Source: a bacterium
GTDB taxonomy: Bacteria; SAR324; XYD2-FULL-50-16
Assembly (NCBI GenBank): GCA_032250835.1
Contig: JAVVEA010000016.1
Coordinates: 1 to 64,000 of the forward strand
DNA: 64,000 bases
Reading direction: 5' to 3'
Positions 56,504 to 64,000 of the stretch are shown here, in pieces. Position 1 is the stretch's first letter. Every line of letters begins with the position of its first letter. A program made the translations under genes and the position numbers. The notes under the pieces were generated by a model. The model made no database searches and was not told the origin of the DNA. It was given only the letters and a program-made list of their open reading frames with translations.

Positions 56504-57856
56504 ATGAACCGCCGCTCCCTGTTATCGATAACCTACCTGGTGCTCTTCTTTACGGGTGCCGTCTTCGGTTATATTTGGATCGAGGGCTACAGCCTGTTAG
56601 AAGCGCTGTACATGGTGGTGATCACCGTCACCACCGTAGGATACGGGGAGGTCCGCCACCTCTCGGATGCCGGTAGGCTTTTCACGACCCTGTTGATCGT
56701 GATGAGTTTTATCTCCTTCGGTATTGTCGGCAAGATTGTCGCCGAGACGTTGGTCGAAAACATTTGGAGCGGAGCCAGCAAAGACCGAAAGATGCACCAC
56801 AAAATCGCCCGGCTGAAAGACCATTACATTATCTGCGGATTCGGCAAGGTAGGCCGGGCGGTGGCCGAAGACCTGATGCAGGCCGGGTTGGATTTGGTGG
56901 TGATCACCCAATCTACCGAACATTTCGAGCACCCTCCTTTTGACCGTTGCCTTTACCTGATCGGCGATGCCGCCCAGGAGCAGGTGCTGATGGAGGCAGG
57001 GGTCAAACATGCCCGAGGCGTGATCACCTTAATCAACTCAGACCCGACCAACCTTTATGTAGTCCTGACCAGCCGCGAACTCAACCCTATGTTGCACATC
57101 GTCAGCCGCGCCGACGAATTAAGCTCCATTAAGCGGATCAAGCAAGGCGGGGCAGATCACGTGATCAGTACCTATATTTCGGCAGGCAAGCGCATTGCCG
57201 AGGTGGTGTTGCTGCAAAGCGGGGAGGCCAAAGAGATGAGTGACCGGCGGCAGGTCTTTAAGCCTGCCTGGGTCGAAGTCCAAGTGGGATCGGGGATGAT
57301 CGGCAAGAGCCTAGGCCAAATCGGCGAAGAAATGGGCCGAGAGGTGTTGGGCCTGCGCCGAGGCACCCAAGACCACATCCAGCCCAGCGGCGAGGTCAAA
57401 TTAGAGGTCGGGGACCAGTTTTTAGCCATGGTCGAAACGGACCGAGGCGGGCTGGCGGCTTCACCGATCCAGCCGAGCGAAAACCGCCGCAAGGTGGTGA
57501 TGGTGGACGACAACGAGGTGATCTTACGGCTCTATACCCGCCTTTTCCAGAAGGCGGGCTTCCTACCCATGACGGCGCTAGACGGCCGGGCCGGTTTGGA
57601 GTTGATCATCCAAGAACAACCGGAGATCGCGGTGATCGATTTCCAGTTGCCCAAGCTCAGCGGATTAGAGGTCTGCCGCTTGCTGCGCCAGCAACCGGGG
57701 TTAAAGGACCTAAAAATATTACTCTTTACCTCCGACGAGTCGGCTAAGATCCACGGCGAAGCCAAACTGGCCGGTGCCGACGAGGTGATCCACAAAACAC
57801 CTGACGCCTTTAGCATCATCAAACGCGTCCTCGATATCCAAAGCCCGGCCACCTAA
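56504..57856 (+). CDS. 2-TM potassium channel with RCK (TrkA-N/TrkA-C) and a C-terminal response-regulator receiver domain
   Basis: TTVGYG filter, ICGFGKVG Rossmann motif and TrkA-C; REC domain VMVDD...VIDFQLP..SG...FTS...GAD..I.K. Confidence 0.9.
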   Translation: MNRRSLLSITYLVLFFTGAVFGYIWIEGYSLLEALYMVVITVTTVGYGEVRHLSDAGRLFTTLLIVMSFISFGIVGKIVAETLVENIWSGASKDRKMHHKIARLKDHYIICGFGKVGRAVAEDLMQAGLDLVVITQSTEHFEHPPFDRCLYLIGDAAQEQVLMEAGVKHARGVITLINSDPTNLYVVLTSRELNPMLHIVSRADELSSIKRIKQGGADHVISTYISAGKRIAEVVLLQSGEAKEMSDRRQVFKPAWVEVQVGSGMIGKSLGQIGEEMGREVLGLRRGTQDHIQPSGEVKLEVGDQFLAMVETDRGGLAASPIQPSENRRKVVMVDDNEVILRLYTRLFQKAGFLPMTALDGRAGLELIIQEQPEIAVIDFQLPKLSGLEVCRLLRQQPGLKDLKILLFTSDESAKIHGEAKLAGADEVIHKTPDAFSIIKRVLDIQSPAT

Positions 57857-57880
57857 AGGACCGGGCCAACCCGGTTTCTC

Positions 57881-58819
57881 ATGTCTTATCAAGTCAAAAT
57901 CCACAAAATCGACACCCCCTATATAGTTGGGCCCGTGGATATCTTTGAGCTTTGGGGGCATGGCAAACATATCTTGGTGGACACCGGCCCGCAGACCAAA
58001 GAAGCGCAGCGCTACCTCAAAGAAAATATCGACCTGGCGAGCCTCGACTACCTGCTCCTGACCCACTGCCACCCGGACCACTACGGCCTAGCTCACTTTA
58101 TTGGAGAACATAGCCAAGCTGAAATCCTGATGGCGCAGATCGACGCTCAGTTGCGCGAATTGTTCAGCCAGCGGATGGATTTTTTGAAATCTGCCTTTAA
58201 GCAGATGGGCTTTCCCAAGCCTATGTTGATGTTGTTTGACCGGATCATCCCTAAGTTCCAAGGCGACATCCCTTTCCCAAAGAATTTTGGGATCTTAGAA
58301 GAGTCGGAGCAAGTATTGGCTGATTTAGGGATCACCTTTATGGGCTGTCCGGGACATAGCCAGTCGGATATTGTTTATCTCTTTGACCAACACGCCATCA
58401 CCGGCGATTGCTTGCTGCGCAATATCTTCAGCGCACCTTTGTTGGATATGGATTTAAGGGCCGAAGCAGGGCGCTTTTCGAACTACCAAGCCTACTGCGC
58501 TTCCATCAAAAACTTCAAATCCCTTGAAGGCCGCCACATCTACCCGAGCCACAACGATTGGATCGAAGGCATCGACCAGCAAATTCTCTTTTATTGCCAG
58601 AAGATCACCAGCCGCGCCGCCAAAATCGAGCCACTCTTTGGGCAGCGCAAGAACCATTACCAAACCCTCAAAGCCCTATTCCCGGACCTTTTCACCTCTC
58701 CCTTTAAGCTTTACATCAAGGCCGGGGAACTCTGCTTTTTAGAAGACTACCTCGAAGAACCCGAGCGCCTGCACCAAGCCCTAGCAGAAGTGGGTTTACT
58801 CAAGCAGTTAGACCCTTAA
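57881..58819 (+). CDS. MBL-fold metallo-hydrolase
   Basis: LVDTG, THCHPDHYG, PGHS, TGD and PSH motifs. Confidence 0.9.
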   Translation: MSYQVKIHKIDTPYIVGPVDIFELWGHGKHILVDTGPQTKEAQRYLKENIDLASLDYLLLTHCHPDHYGLAHFIGEHSQAEILMAQIDAQLRELFSQRMDFLKSAFKQMGFPKPMLMLFDRIIPKFQGDIPFPKNFGILEESEQVLADLGITFMGCPGHSQSDIVYLFDQHAITGDCLLRNIFSAPLLDMDLRAEAGRFSNYQAYCASIKNFKSLEGRHIYPSHNDWIEGIDQQILFYCQKITSRAAKIEPLFGQRKNHYQTLKALFPDLFTSPFKLYIKAGELCFLEDYLEEPERLHQALAEVGLLKQLDP

Positions 58820-59319
58820 CGTTGCCCTTTCATGTGCGCGACCAGCTGGTCTGTCGCGGCAGACCAACCTTGGGCAAAGCCCATTTTCTCGTGCTCTTCT
58901 CGAGTTTTTGAGTCCCAGTGGCGCACCAGCGCCGTAAAATGGGTGCTCTGGCCCAGGTCTTTGAAGGTCAAGATCGCGGTCATAAAGGGGTTGTTGGAGG
59001 GGCGGTATCCAGGCAAAAGAGCGGTGGTCCAGACCAGGCGTTGCTGGACCAAGACCTCCAAAAAACAACCTGTCTCGGTATTTTCTTCGCCTTCAGGCGA
59101 GCACATGGTGGTCTGGAACTTCCCCCCGGGTCTTAAGTCAATCTGTGCGTCGGTGGTCCTCCAGGGGTCCGGCGTAAACCAGTGGATCAGATGCTCCGGT
59201 TCGGTCCAGGCCTTCCAGACCAATCCAACAGGCAAATCCAGGTCCCGCTCTAAGCGTAAATCCAACTGGGGGTCAAAGCCAAAGTCTGGTAAAGAATACA
59301 TGATGACTCCTTTAGACAT
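58816..59319 (-). CDS. SRPBCC/AHSA1 domain protein
   Basis: VWKAWTEPE.L..WF.P, DLRPGG and HEKMGF..GW motifs. Confidence 0.92.
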   Translation of the reverse strand: MSKGVIMYSLPDFGFDPQLDLRLERDLDLPVGLVWKAWTEPEHLIHWFTPDPWRTTDAQIDLRPGGKFQTTMCSPEGEENTETGCFLEVLVQQRLVWTTALLPGYRPSNNPFMTAILTFKDLGQSTHFTALVRHWDSKTREEHEKMGFAQGWSAATDQLVAHMKGQR

Positions 59320-59657
59320 TAATTTTTTAGTTCATCTTCATTAAACTGTTTGAGGTATTCCTCTAAGCGGTCTAGGCGCTGTTCCCACTGCCGTTGCATC
59401 TGGGATAACCAGGAAACCACTGGCTGGAAACCTTGAGGCTCTATATGGCAGGGACGCCATTGGGAATTGCGGCTACGGCTGATCAGTCCCGCCTTTTCGA
59501 GCACCTTTAAATGTTTGGTGATCGCCGGTAGGGACAGGTCAAAGGGAGCCGCCAATTGGCCTACTGAAGCCTCACCCCGGAGCAGGTGCGCTAAGATGGC
59601 CCGGCGGGTCGGGTCGGCCAGAGCAGCAAAGCCTAGGCTCACCGGATCTTGTTTCAT
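59319..59657 (-). CDS. ArsR/SmtB family regulator (SRPBCC-associated)
   Basis: FAALADPTRRAIL, KHLKVLE.AGL and W..RLDRLE motifs. Confidence 0.93.
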   Translation of the reverse strand: MKQDPVSLGFAALADPTRRAILAHLLRGEASVGQLAAPFDLSLPAITKHLKVLEKAGLISRSRNSQWRPCHIEPQGFQPVVSWLSQMQRQWEQRLDRLEEYLKQFNEDELKN

Positions 59658-59675
59658 CTGGATACTCTCCTTATT

Positions 59676-59721
59676 ATTTTACCTCTAGGTTAAATATAAA
59701 AGGTAGCGCTCAAAATGGCAA
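59676..59721 (-). promoter_or_regulatory. Sigma-70 promoter with probable ArsR auto-operator
   Basis: Minus strand TTGCCA-N17-TATATT overlapped by the near-palindrome ATTTAACC-TAGA-GGTAAAAT. Confidence 0.68.
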
Positions 59722-60011
59722 ATAGTAAGGGCTTGTTACGTCAATGGACGCAGCCCGATGGCGGGGCCTATCCGTCCACTTCGCGTAAAGACAAGACTAA
59801 TCAGATAGCTGCAATAGATCGGACCGGCCCCCCAAAGGAGCCGACAGACCAAAAGCAGCCGATTGGCGGGCGGAAATTCTATAGATCATTGGTGGCTCAG
59901 CGCTCAGGCAGATTTTTACGCCAATCGAGCTTTAGGCCGTCGAAGGACCATTGGCGTAAGGCAGCTAAGCTAAAGGGAGGCACCAGCAGGTGCCAACGCG
60001 GATGGGAAGCC

Positions 60012-60356
60012 TTAGAGGATTTCTAAAATGGCTTCGGTCGGGCGGCCGATGCGGACCTGGCCGTTATTAAACAAAACCGGGCGCTCGATCAGTTTGGGGT
60101 AGTCGTGCATCGCCTGGATCAGTTCTTCATCACTGGCGCGCTCTAGGTCTAATTCTTTAAAGAGCGTTTCCTTGCGGCGCATCACTTCTAAGGGTTTTTT
60201 GCCCAACAGTTTAAGGTACTGCTTAAGCTCTTCGATACTCGGCGGCTGGTTCATGTACTTAACTACCGAAACTTCTACGCCTTTTTCCTTTAGCAGGTCT
60301 AAGGCCTGACGGGACTTGGAACATTTCGGGTTGTGCCACAAAATGGGCTTGCTCAT
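60012..60356 (-). CDS. arsC: ArsC (glutaredoxin-type)/Spx family protein
   Basis: HNPKCSKSR, P.LIERP and IGRP motifs. Confidence 0.88.
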   Translation of the reverse strand: MSKPILWHNPKCSKSRQALDLLKEKGVEVSVVKYMNQPPSIEELKQYLKLLGKKPLEVMRRKETLFKELDLERASDEELIQAMHDYPKLIERPVLFNNGQVRIGRPTEAILEIL

Positions 60357-61468
60357 AGGGGCTCCGTGAACGGGGGTTGGTCAAAGTGATAAAAATGCCG
60401 GATTTCAGCAGCGATTTTTGCGGCGGCATCGCCGGGGTAAAGGGCCTTGGCCGCTTGGCTCATCTGCTCTAGTTGGTCAGGAGCTTCCAGCAACTGCGCA
60501 ACGGCTTGCGCAAGGGATTCAGGGGTTAAATCAGCCTGATCCAGCAATCTAGCGGCACCGGCCTCGCTTAAAGCCAGCGCGTTCTTTAGCTGGTGGTCGC
60601 CCGAACTGTTAGGGATAGGAATCAGGATCGAAGGACAACCCATGGCGCATAATTCGTTAACCATCGAGCCGGACCGGCAAACAAACAGGTGAGCCCGGCG
60701 GTACAAGGACACCATATCTTCAAGGAAAGGGGCGACTTGGGCTTTGAACTGGGGGTACTTCGCGTAGGCGGCGGCTACTTCTTCATAGTCCAGCTTGCCG
60801 GTCTGGTGGACGATGAACAATCGCTCAGCCCAGGGTAGCAAAAAAGGCAGCGCACCGGTTAAGGCTTGGTTGAGCGCCCGAGCCCCCTGGGACCCACCTA
60901 CCAACGCCAGGACCAGAGGGGTAGCGGCTTTAGCCTGCGGTGCTTCGGCGGCGTCGATGATCGCTCGGCGGATCGGATTGCCCACCACCACCGGGTTTTT
61001 AAAGACGCCTTCAAGCCCCGCAAAGGGAACAAAAGCTAAGGGCACGCGCTTGCCCAAGATGCGGTTGGTCATCCCCGGATAGGCATTTTGCTCTTGGATC
61101 ACTGTCTTAAAACCCAGCGCCAGAGCCATCAACAGCAAAGGCCCCGAAGCATAACCGCCGACCCCAATAACCAAATGGGGCCGGTATCTAATCAGGAGTC
61201 CCGCCGCTTTGGACAAGGCCAAGGGCAATTTGACTAAGCCCAAGGCTTTGCGCAGAGGGCCGACCCGGTACAATCCAGAAACCGGCAAGAGATGCAGAGG
61301 CCAACCTTTTTCGGGAATGGCTTTGACTTCAATCCCGCGCGCGGTGCCCACGAACTGGACCTCGGTGGGGCCTTGGGCTTCTAGGGCTTCGGCGATAGCC
61401 ATGCCCGGAAAGAGGTGCCCGCCGGTCCCGCCTCCGGCGATTAAGACCTTCAACCTAGGCATCGTCAT
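60353..61468 (-). CDS. murG: Lipid II GlcNAc transferase MurG
   Basis: GGGTGGH, GGYAS, EQN, GNPIR, GGSQGA and HQ..NA motifs. Confidence 0.96.
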   Translation of the reverse strand: MTMPRLKVLIAGGGTGGHLFPGMAIAEALEAQGPTEVQFVGTARGIEVKAIPEKGWPLHLLPVSGLYRVGPLRKALGLVKLPLALSKAAGLLIRYRPHLVIGVGGYASGPLLLMALALGFKTVIQEQNAYPGMTNRILGKRVPLAFVPFAGLEGVFKNPVVVGNPIRRAIIDAAEAPQAKAATPLVLALVGGSQGARALNQALTGALPFLLPWAERLFIVHQTGKLDYEEVAAAYAKYPQFKAQVAPFLEDMVSLYRRAHLFVCRSGSMVNELCAMGCPSILIPIPNSSGDHQLKNALALSEAGAARLLDQADLTPESLAQAVAQLLEAPDQLEQMSQAAKALYPGDAAAKIAAEIRHFYHFDQPPFTEPL

Positions 61469-62582
61469 TGTCGGGGAGACTGCGGGCTACATTGACCAAG
61501 ACCCCGGCCATAAACATCCCCATAATCAGGCTTGTACCCCCGTAGGATACAAAAGGAAGAGGGATGCCCTTGGTGGGCAGCAGGCCAATTACCACCCCCA
61601 TATTCAGTACACTTTGCAACGCAAAGAGCGTGGTGATGCCCACCGCCAGATTCCGCCCAAAGTCGTCGGGTGCTTCTTGGGCCACTTGGTAGCCTTTGAT
61701 CATTAAGGTCGTCACCAAAATCACCACAAACAAAACGCCTAAGAATCCGGTCTCTTCAGCTAGAATCGAAAAGATAAAGTCCGTATGGGCTTCGGGCAAA
61801 AAGAAAAGTTTTTGGGTCGAATTGCCTAGGTCTTTACCAAAGATGCCACCACGCCCGAAAGCAATAAAAGACTGGATCAACTGAAAGCCCGTATCTAACG
61901 GATCGGCCCAGGGGTCTAAAAACCCGGTCACCCGCCTCAACCGGTAGCTTTTTCCAGCAATCAAAAAAGCCCCCACCGCAGCTAAGCCACTTAAACTCAA
62001 GAACATATGGCTGGGGCGCAAGCCCGCTAGGAAGATCATGCTAAACAGCGTCAAGCTGATCAAGACAGCGGTGCCAAAGTCGGGCTGCAGCACCAGCAAG
62101 AAGAAAAAGATGCCCATCACGATCAAACTGGGCAACAGCCCCCTAGAAAACTGGCGGATTTCTCCCTGCTTGCGGCTCAGGAAGCTCGCCATCCAGAGGA
62201 TCAAGGCAAATTTAACAAATTCAGAGGGCTGGAAACCGATTCCACCGAAGCGAATCCAACGCCGCGCCGCGCCGATCTGAGTCCCGATGCCCGGAATCAA
62301 TACCACCACCATCATGAAAAAAGCGGCGAACATCAACAGAGGATAGAGAGGGCGGTATTTCTGGTAAGGGACCCGCATGGCGAGGGCTAAGGCCGCAAAA
62401 CCCAGGGCCAAGTTGATCACTTGACGCACCAGGAAGTGGTAGGGGCTGCCGTAGATTCGTTCGGCATAAATGGCGCTGGATGAATAGATCATCAGCGTTC
62501 CCACCCCAACCAGGGCAAGCAAACAAAAAAGAATCACTGCCTGAGGGTGGGAGCGGCGAGACCGCGAAGCTGTTTGGCGCAT
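61455..62582 (-). CDS. ftsW: Peptidoglycan polymerase FtsW (SEDS)
   Basis: YSSS, GARRWI, QPSE..K, QPDFGT, LPEAHTDF and PFVSYGG motifs; adjacent to murG. Confidence 0.95.
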   Translation of the reverse strand: MRQTASRSRRSHPQAVILFCLLALVGVGTLMIYSSSAIYAERIYGSPYHFLVRQVINLALGFAALALAMRVPYQKYRPLYPLLMFAAFFMMVVVLIPGIGTQIGAARRWIRFGGIGFQPSEFVKFALILWMASFLSRKQGEIRQFSRGLLPSLIVMGIFFFLLVLQPDFGTAVLISLTLFSMIFLAGLRPSHMFLSLSGLAAVGAFLIAGKSYRLRRVTGFLDPWADPLDTGFQLIQSFIAFGRGGIFGKDLGNSTQKLFFLPEAHTDFIFSILAEETGFLGVLFVVILVTTLMIKGYQVAQEAPDDFGRNLAVGITTLFALQSVLNMGVVIGLLPTKGIPLPFVSYGGTSLIMGMFMAGVLVNVARSLPDNDDA

Positions 62583-62589
62583 GAGAGCC

Positions 62590-64000
62590 TTAGTCCTGTT
62601 CCAACTCCTCTTTGACAATCTTCTCCATCATCTCAGGGAGCATATCGTCTAAGGTTTGTTGGATCGTGCTGTGGACCATTTCTTCGATCATCTCACCTAG
62701 TTGTTCGCTAAACTGAGCGGAAAGATCAAGGTGTAATTCCTCTTCGCTGTCTACGTGGGCCAAGCCGGTCGTGGTGTCTTCTTCAAACTCTTCGTTTGCC
62801 GGAGCGATTCCCGCTTCAGCCTCTTCAGCTTTATTGGTCTCATCTTCTGCAAGATGGGGTTCCTCAAAGCTCTCTTCCTCTTCGGGCTCTAGGTCCGCTT
62901 CCATCTGGGCAGCCATCAACTCATCGGCAGACAACTCCTCTTCGGGCTCTAGGTCCGCTTCCATCTGGGCAGCCATCAACTCATCGGCAGACAACTCCTC
63001 TTCGGGCTCTAGGTCTGCTTCCATCTGGGCAGCCATCAACTCATCGGCAGACAACTCCTCTTCGGGCTCTAGGTCTGCTTCCATCTGGGCGGCCATCAAC
63101 TCATCGGCAGACAGCTCGGGCTCCGCTGCCGGGGGTTCTTCGCCAGGGGCCAACCCCATCAAATTCTCTTCGGTCGGGTAACCGTCAAAGTCACTGGCCT
63201 GATGAAGAAACTGGACCGACTCACCCTCAGGGTCGTGCTCGGGTATTGATTCGGGTTCGGTGGCCAAGCTTAATTCAGCGGGACTCTCGTCGGCGTCGAA
63301 CTGTGGCGCGCCTTCTAGGTCTTCTCCCAGGTCATCAAGGCTATGGCCCAAATCGATTTCTTCAGCATCTTCAAAATCGTCCAAAGAGTCTTCATCCACA
63401 TCTGCGAAGGCGGCTGCCATCACCTCTTCTTCACTAAAGTCCTCACCCTCCTCGTCTTCAAAAGCATCTTCTTCAAACCCAGAGGTGGCCTCCGCTTCAG
63501 CCTCCAATTCATCCTCAAGGCTAGGGAGGTCCGGGTCGTCCTCATCCAGCTCATCGACATCTTCAAAGTCAGAGTCTCCAAGGGACTGCCCCAACTCTTC
63601 GGCCAGCGCGGCTTCTTCAGATTCGTCCAAGTCCAAGGGGGCCAATTCCTCGGGTTCTTCGGCCTGTTCCTCGATCAATTCAGGTGCCGTTTCCATCTGG
63701 TCTTGCAAACCGGCCAAAGCGCTTTCGTCGTCTTCAGCCAGGGCGTCATCGCTAGGCGAGTCCATGTCCGACATCTTGAAGTCATCGATCCCAAAGACCT
63801 CGGGAGAGACCTCAAAAGTCACCTCACCGGCACCGTCAAAGTCTGAGTAGTCTTCTTCGCCAAAGGCTTTACCCTCGGACACAACGGTCTGGTAACCCAC
63901 TTCACTTCCACCCAAGGGGCCTTGATCCGCCTCCGGTGCTTCGTCTAATCCATCGTCCGATTCGTCCCCGCCACTGGATTCGGCTAAGTCAAGGGTCAGT
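62590..64000 (-). CDS. Highly acidic low-complexity protein with a PopZ/RomR-like C-terminal helix (5' end beyond the window)
   Basis: The frame stays open to the window edge (LTLDLAESSGGDESDDGLDEAPEADQGPL...). D/E-rich throughout; ends IEEMVHSTIQQTLDDMLPEMMEKIVKEELEQD. Confidence 0.8.
   Translation of the reverse strand, partial: LTLDLAESSGGDESDDGLDEAPEADQGPLGGSEVGYQTVVSEGKAFGEEDYSDFDGAGEVTFEVSPEVFGIDDFKMSDMDSPSDDALAEDDESALAGLQDQMETAPELIEEQAEEPEELAPLDLDESEEAALAEELGQSLGDSDFEDVDELDEDDPDLPSLEDELEAEAEATSGFEEDAFEDEEGEDFSEEEVMAAAFADVDEDSLDDFEDAEEIDLGHSLDDLGEDLEGAPQFDADESPAELSLATEPESIPEHDPEGESVQFLHQASDFDGYPTEENLMGLAPGEEPPAAEPELSADELMAAQMEADLEPEEELSADELMAAQMEADLEPEEELSADELMAAQMEADLEPEEELSADELMAAQMEADLEPEEEESFEEPHLAEDETNKAEEAEAGIAPANEEFEEDTTTGLAHVDSEEELHLDLSAQFSEQLGEMIEEMVHSTIQQTLDDMLPEMMEKIVKEELEQD
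62876..63117. repeat. 60-bp coding tandem repeat x4 (ELSADELMAAQMEADLEPEE)
   Basis: Lines 62881, 62941, 63001 and 63061 are almost identical, with no spacers. Confidence 0.95.

Noticed and set aside
59715-60026. 103-aa plus-strand ORF
   Set aside because: Overlaps the arsR promoter and the arsC end; no family features and unconvincing composition.
59319-60356. Arsenic-resistance operon (arsR + arsC)
   Set aside because: The ArsR is the SRPBCC-linked type with its own promoter, arsC is coupled to murG, and there is no arsB or acr3.
62876-63117. Possible CRISPR array
   Set aside because: Contiguous 60-bp units without unique spacers, in frame within a CDS, and no cas genes.

Overview
This is a GC-rich (visually ~55-60%) chromosomal segment of a flagellated Gram-negative bacterium, probably an anaerobe or microaerophile. 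A deltaproteobacteria-like or SAR324-like lineage is my inference only. No mobile elements, CRISPR arrays, rRNA or tRNA genes were recognised. Left to right it holds: a flagellin 5' end with two sigma-28 promoters, a degenerate Lgt, a DUF1015 gene, type-2 IleRS, hemerythrin, a homolog of the spirochete cytoplasmic filament protein CfpA, a YejA-like binding protein and mdh-sucCD. Then come assorted housekeeping genes, a 16-kb three-gene Pfa-type PUFA synthase cluster (pfaA with 6 ACPs, fused pfaBC, pfaD), and two divergent beta-oxidation/ETF operons with a MerR (LiuR-like) regulator and visible operator boxes. The right end has a K+ channel fused to a phospho-receiver domain, an ArsR-SRPBCC pair, arsC-murG-ftsW, and a very acidic repeat protein with a PopZ/RomR-like C-terminus. 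The top leads are CfpA outside spirochetes, the receiver-fused K+ channel, an A10 slippery run exactly at the ACP/KR boundary of pfaA, and the PopZ-like scaffold directly upstream of ftsW-murG. All family assignments are from motif recognition and recall; no database search was run.
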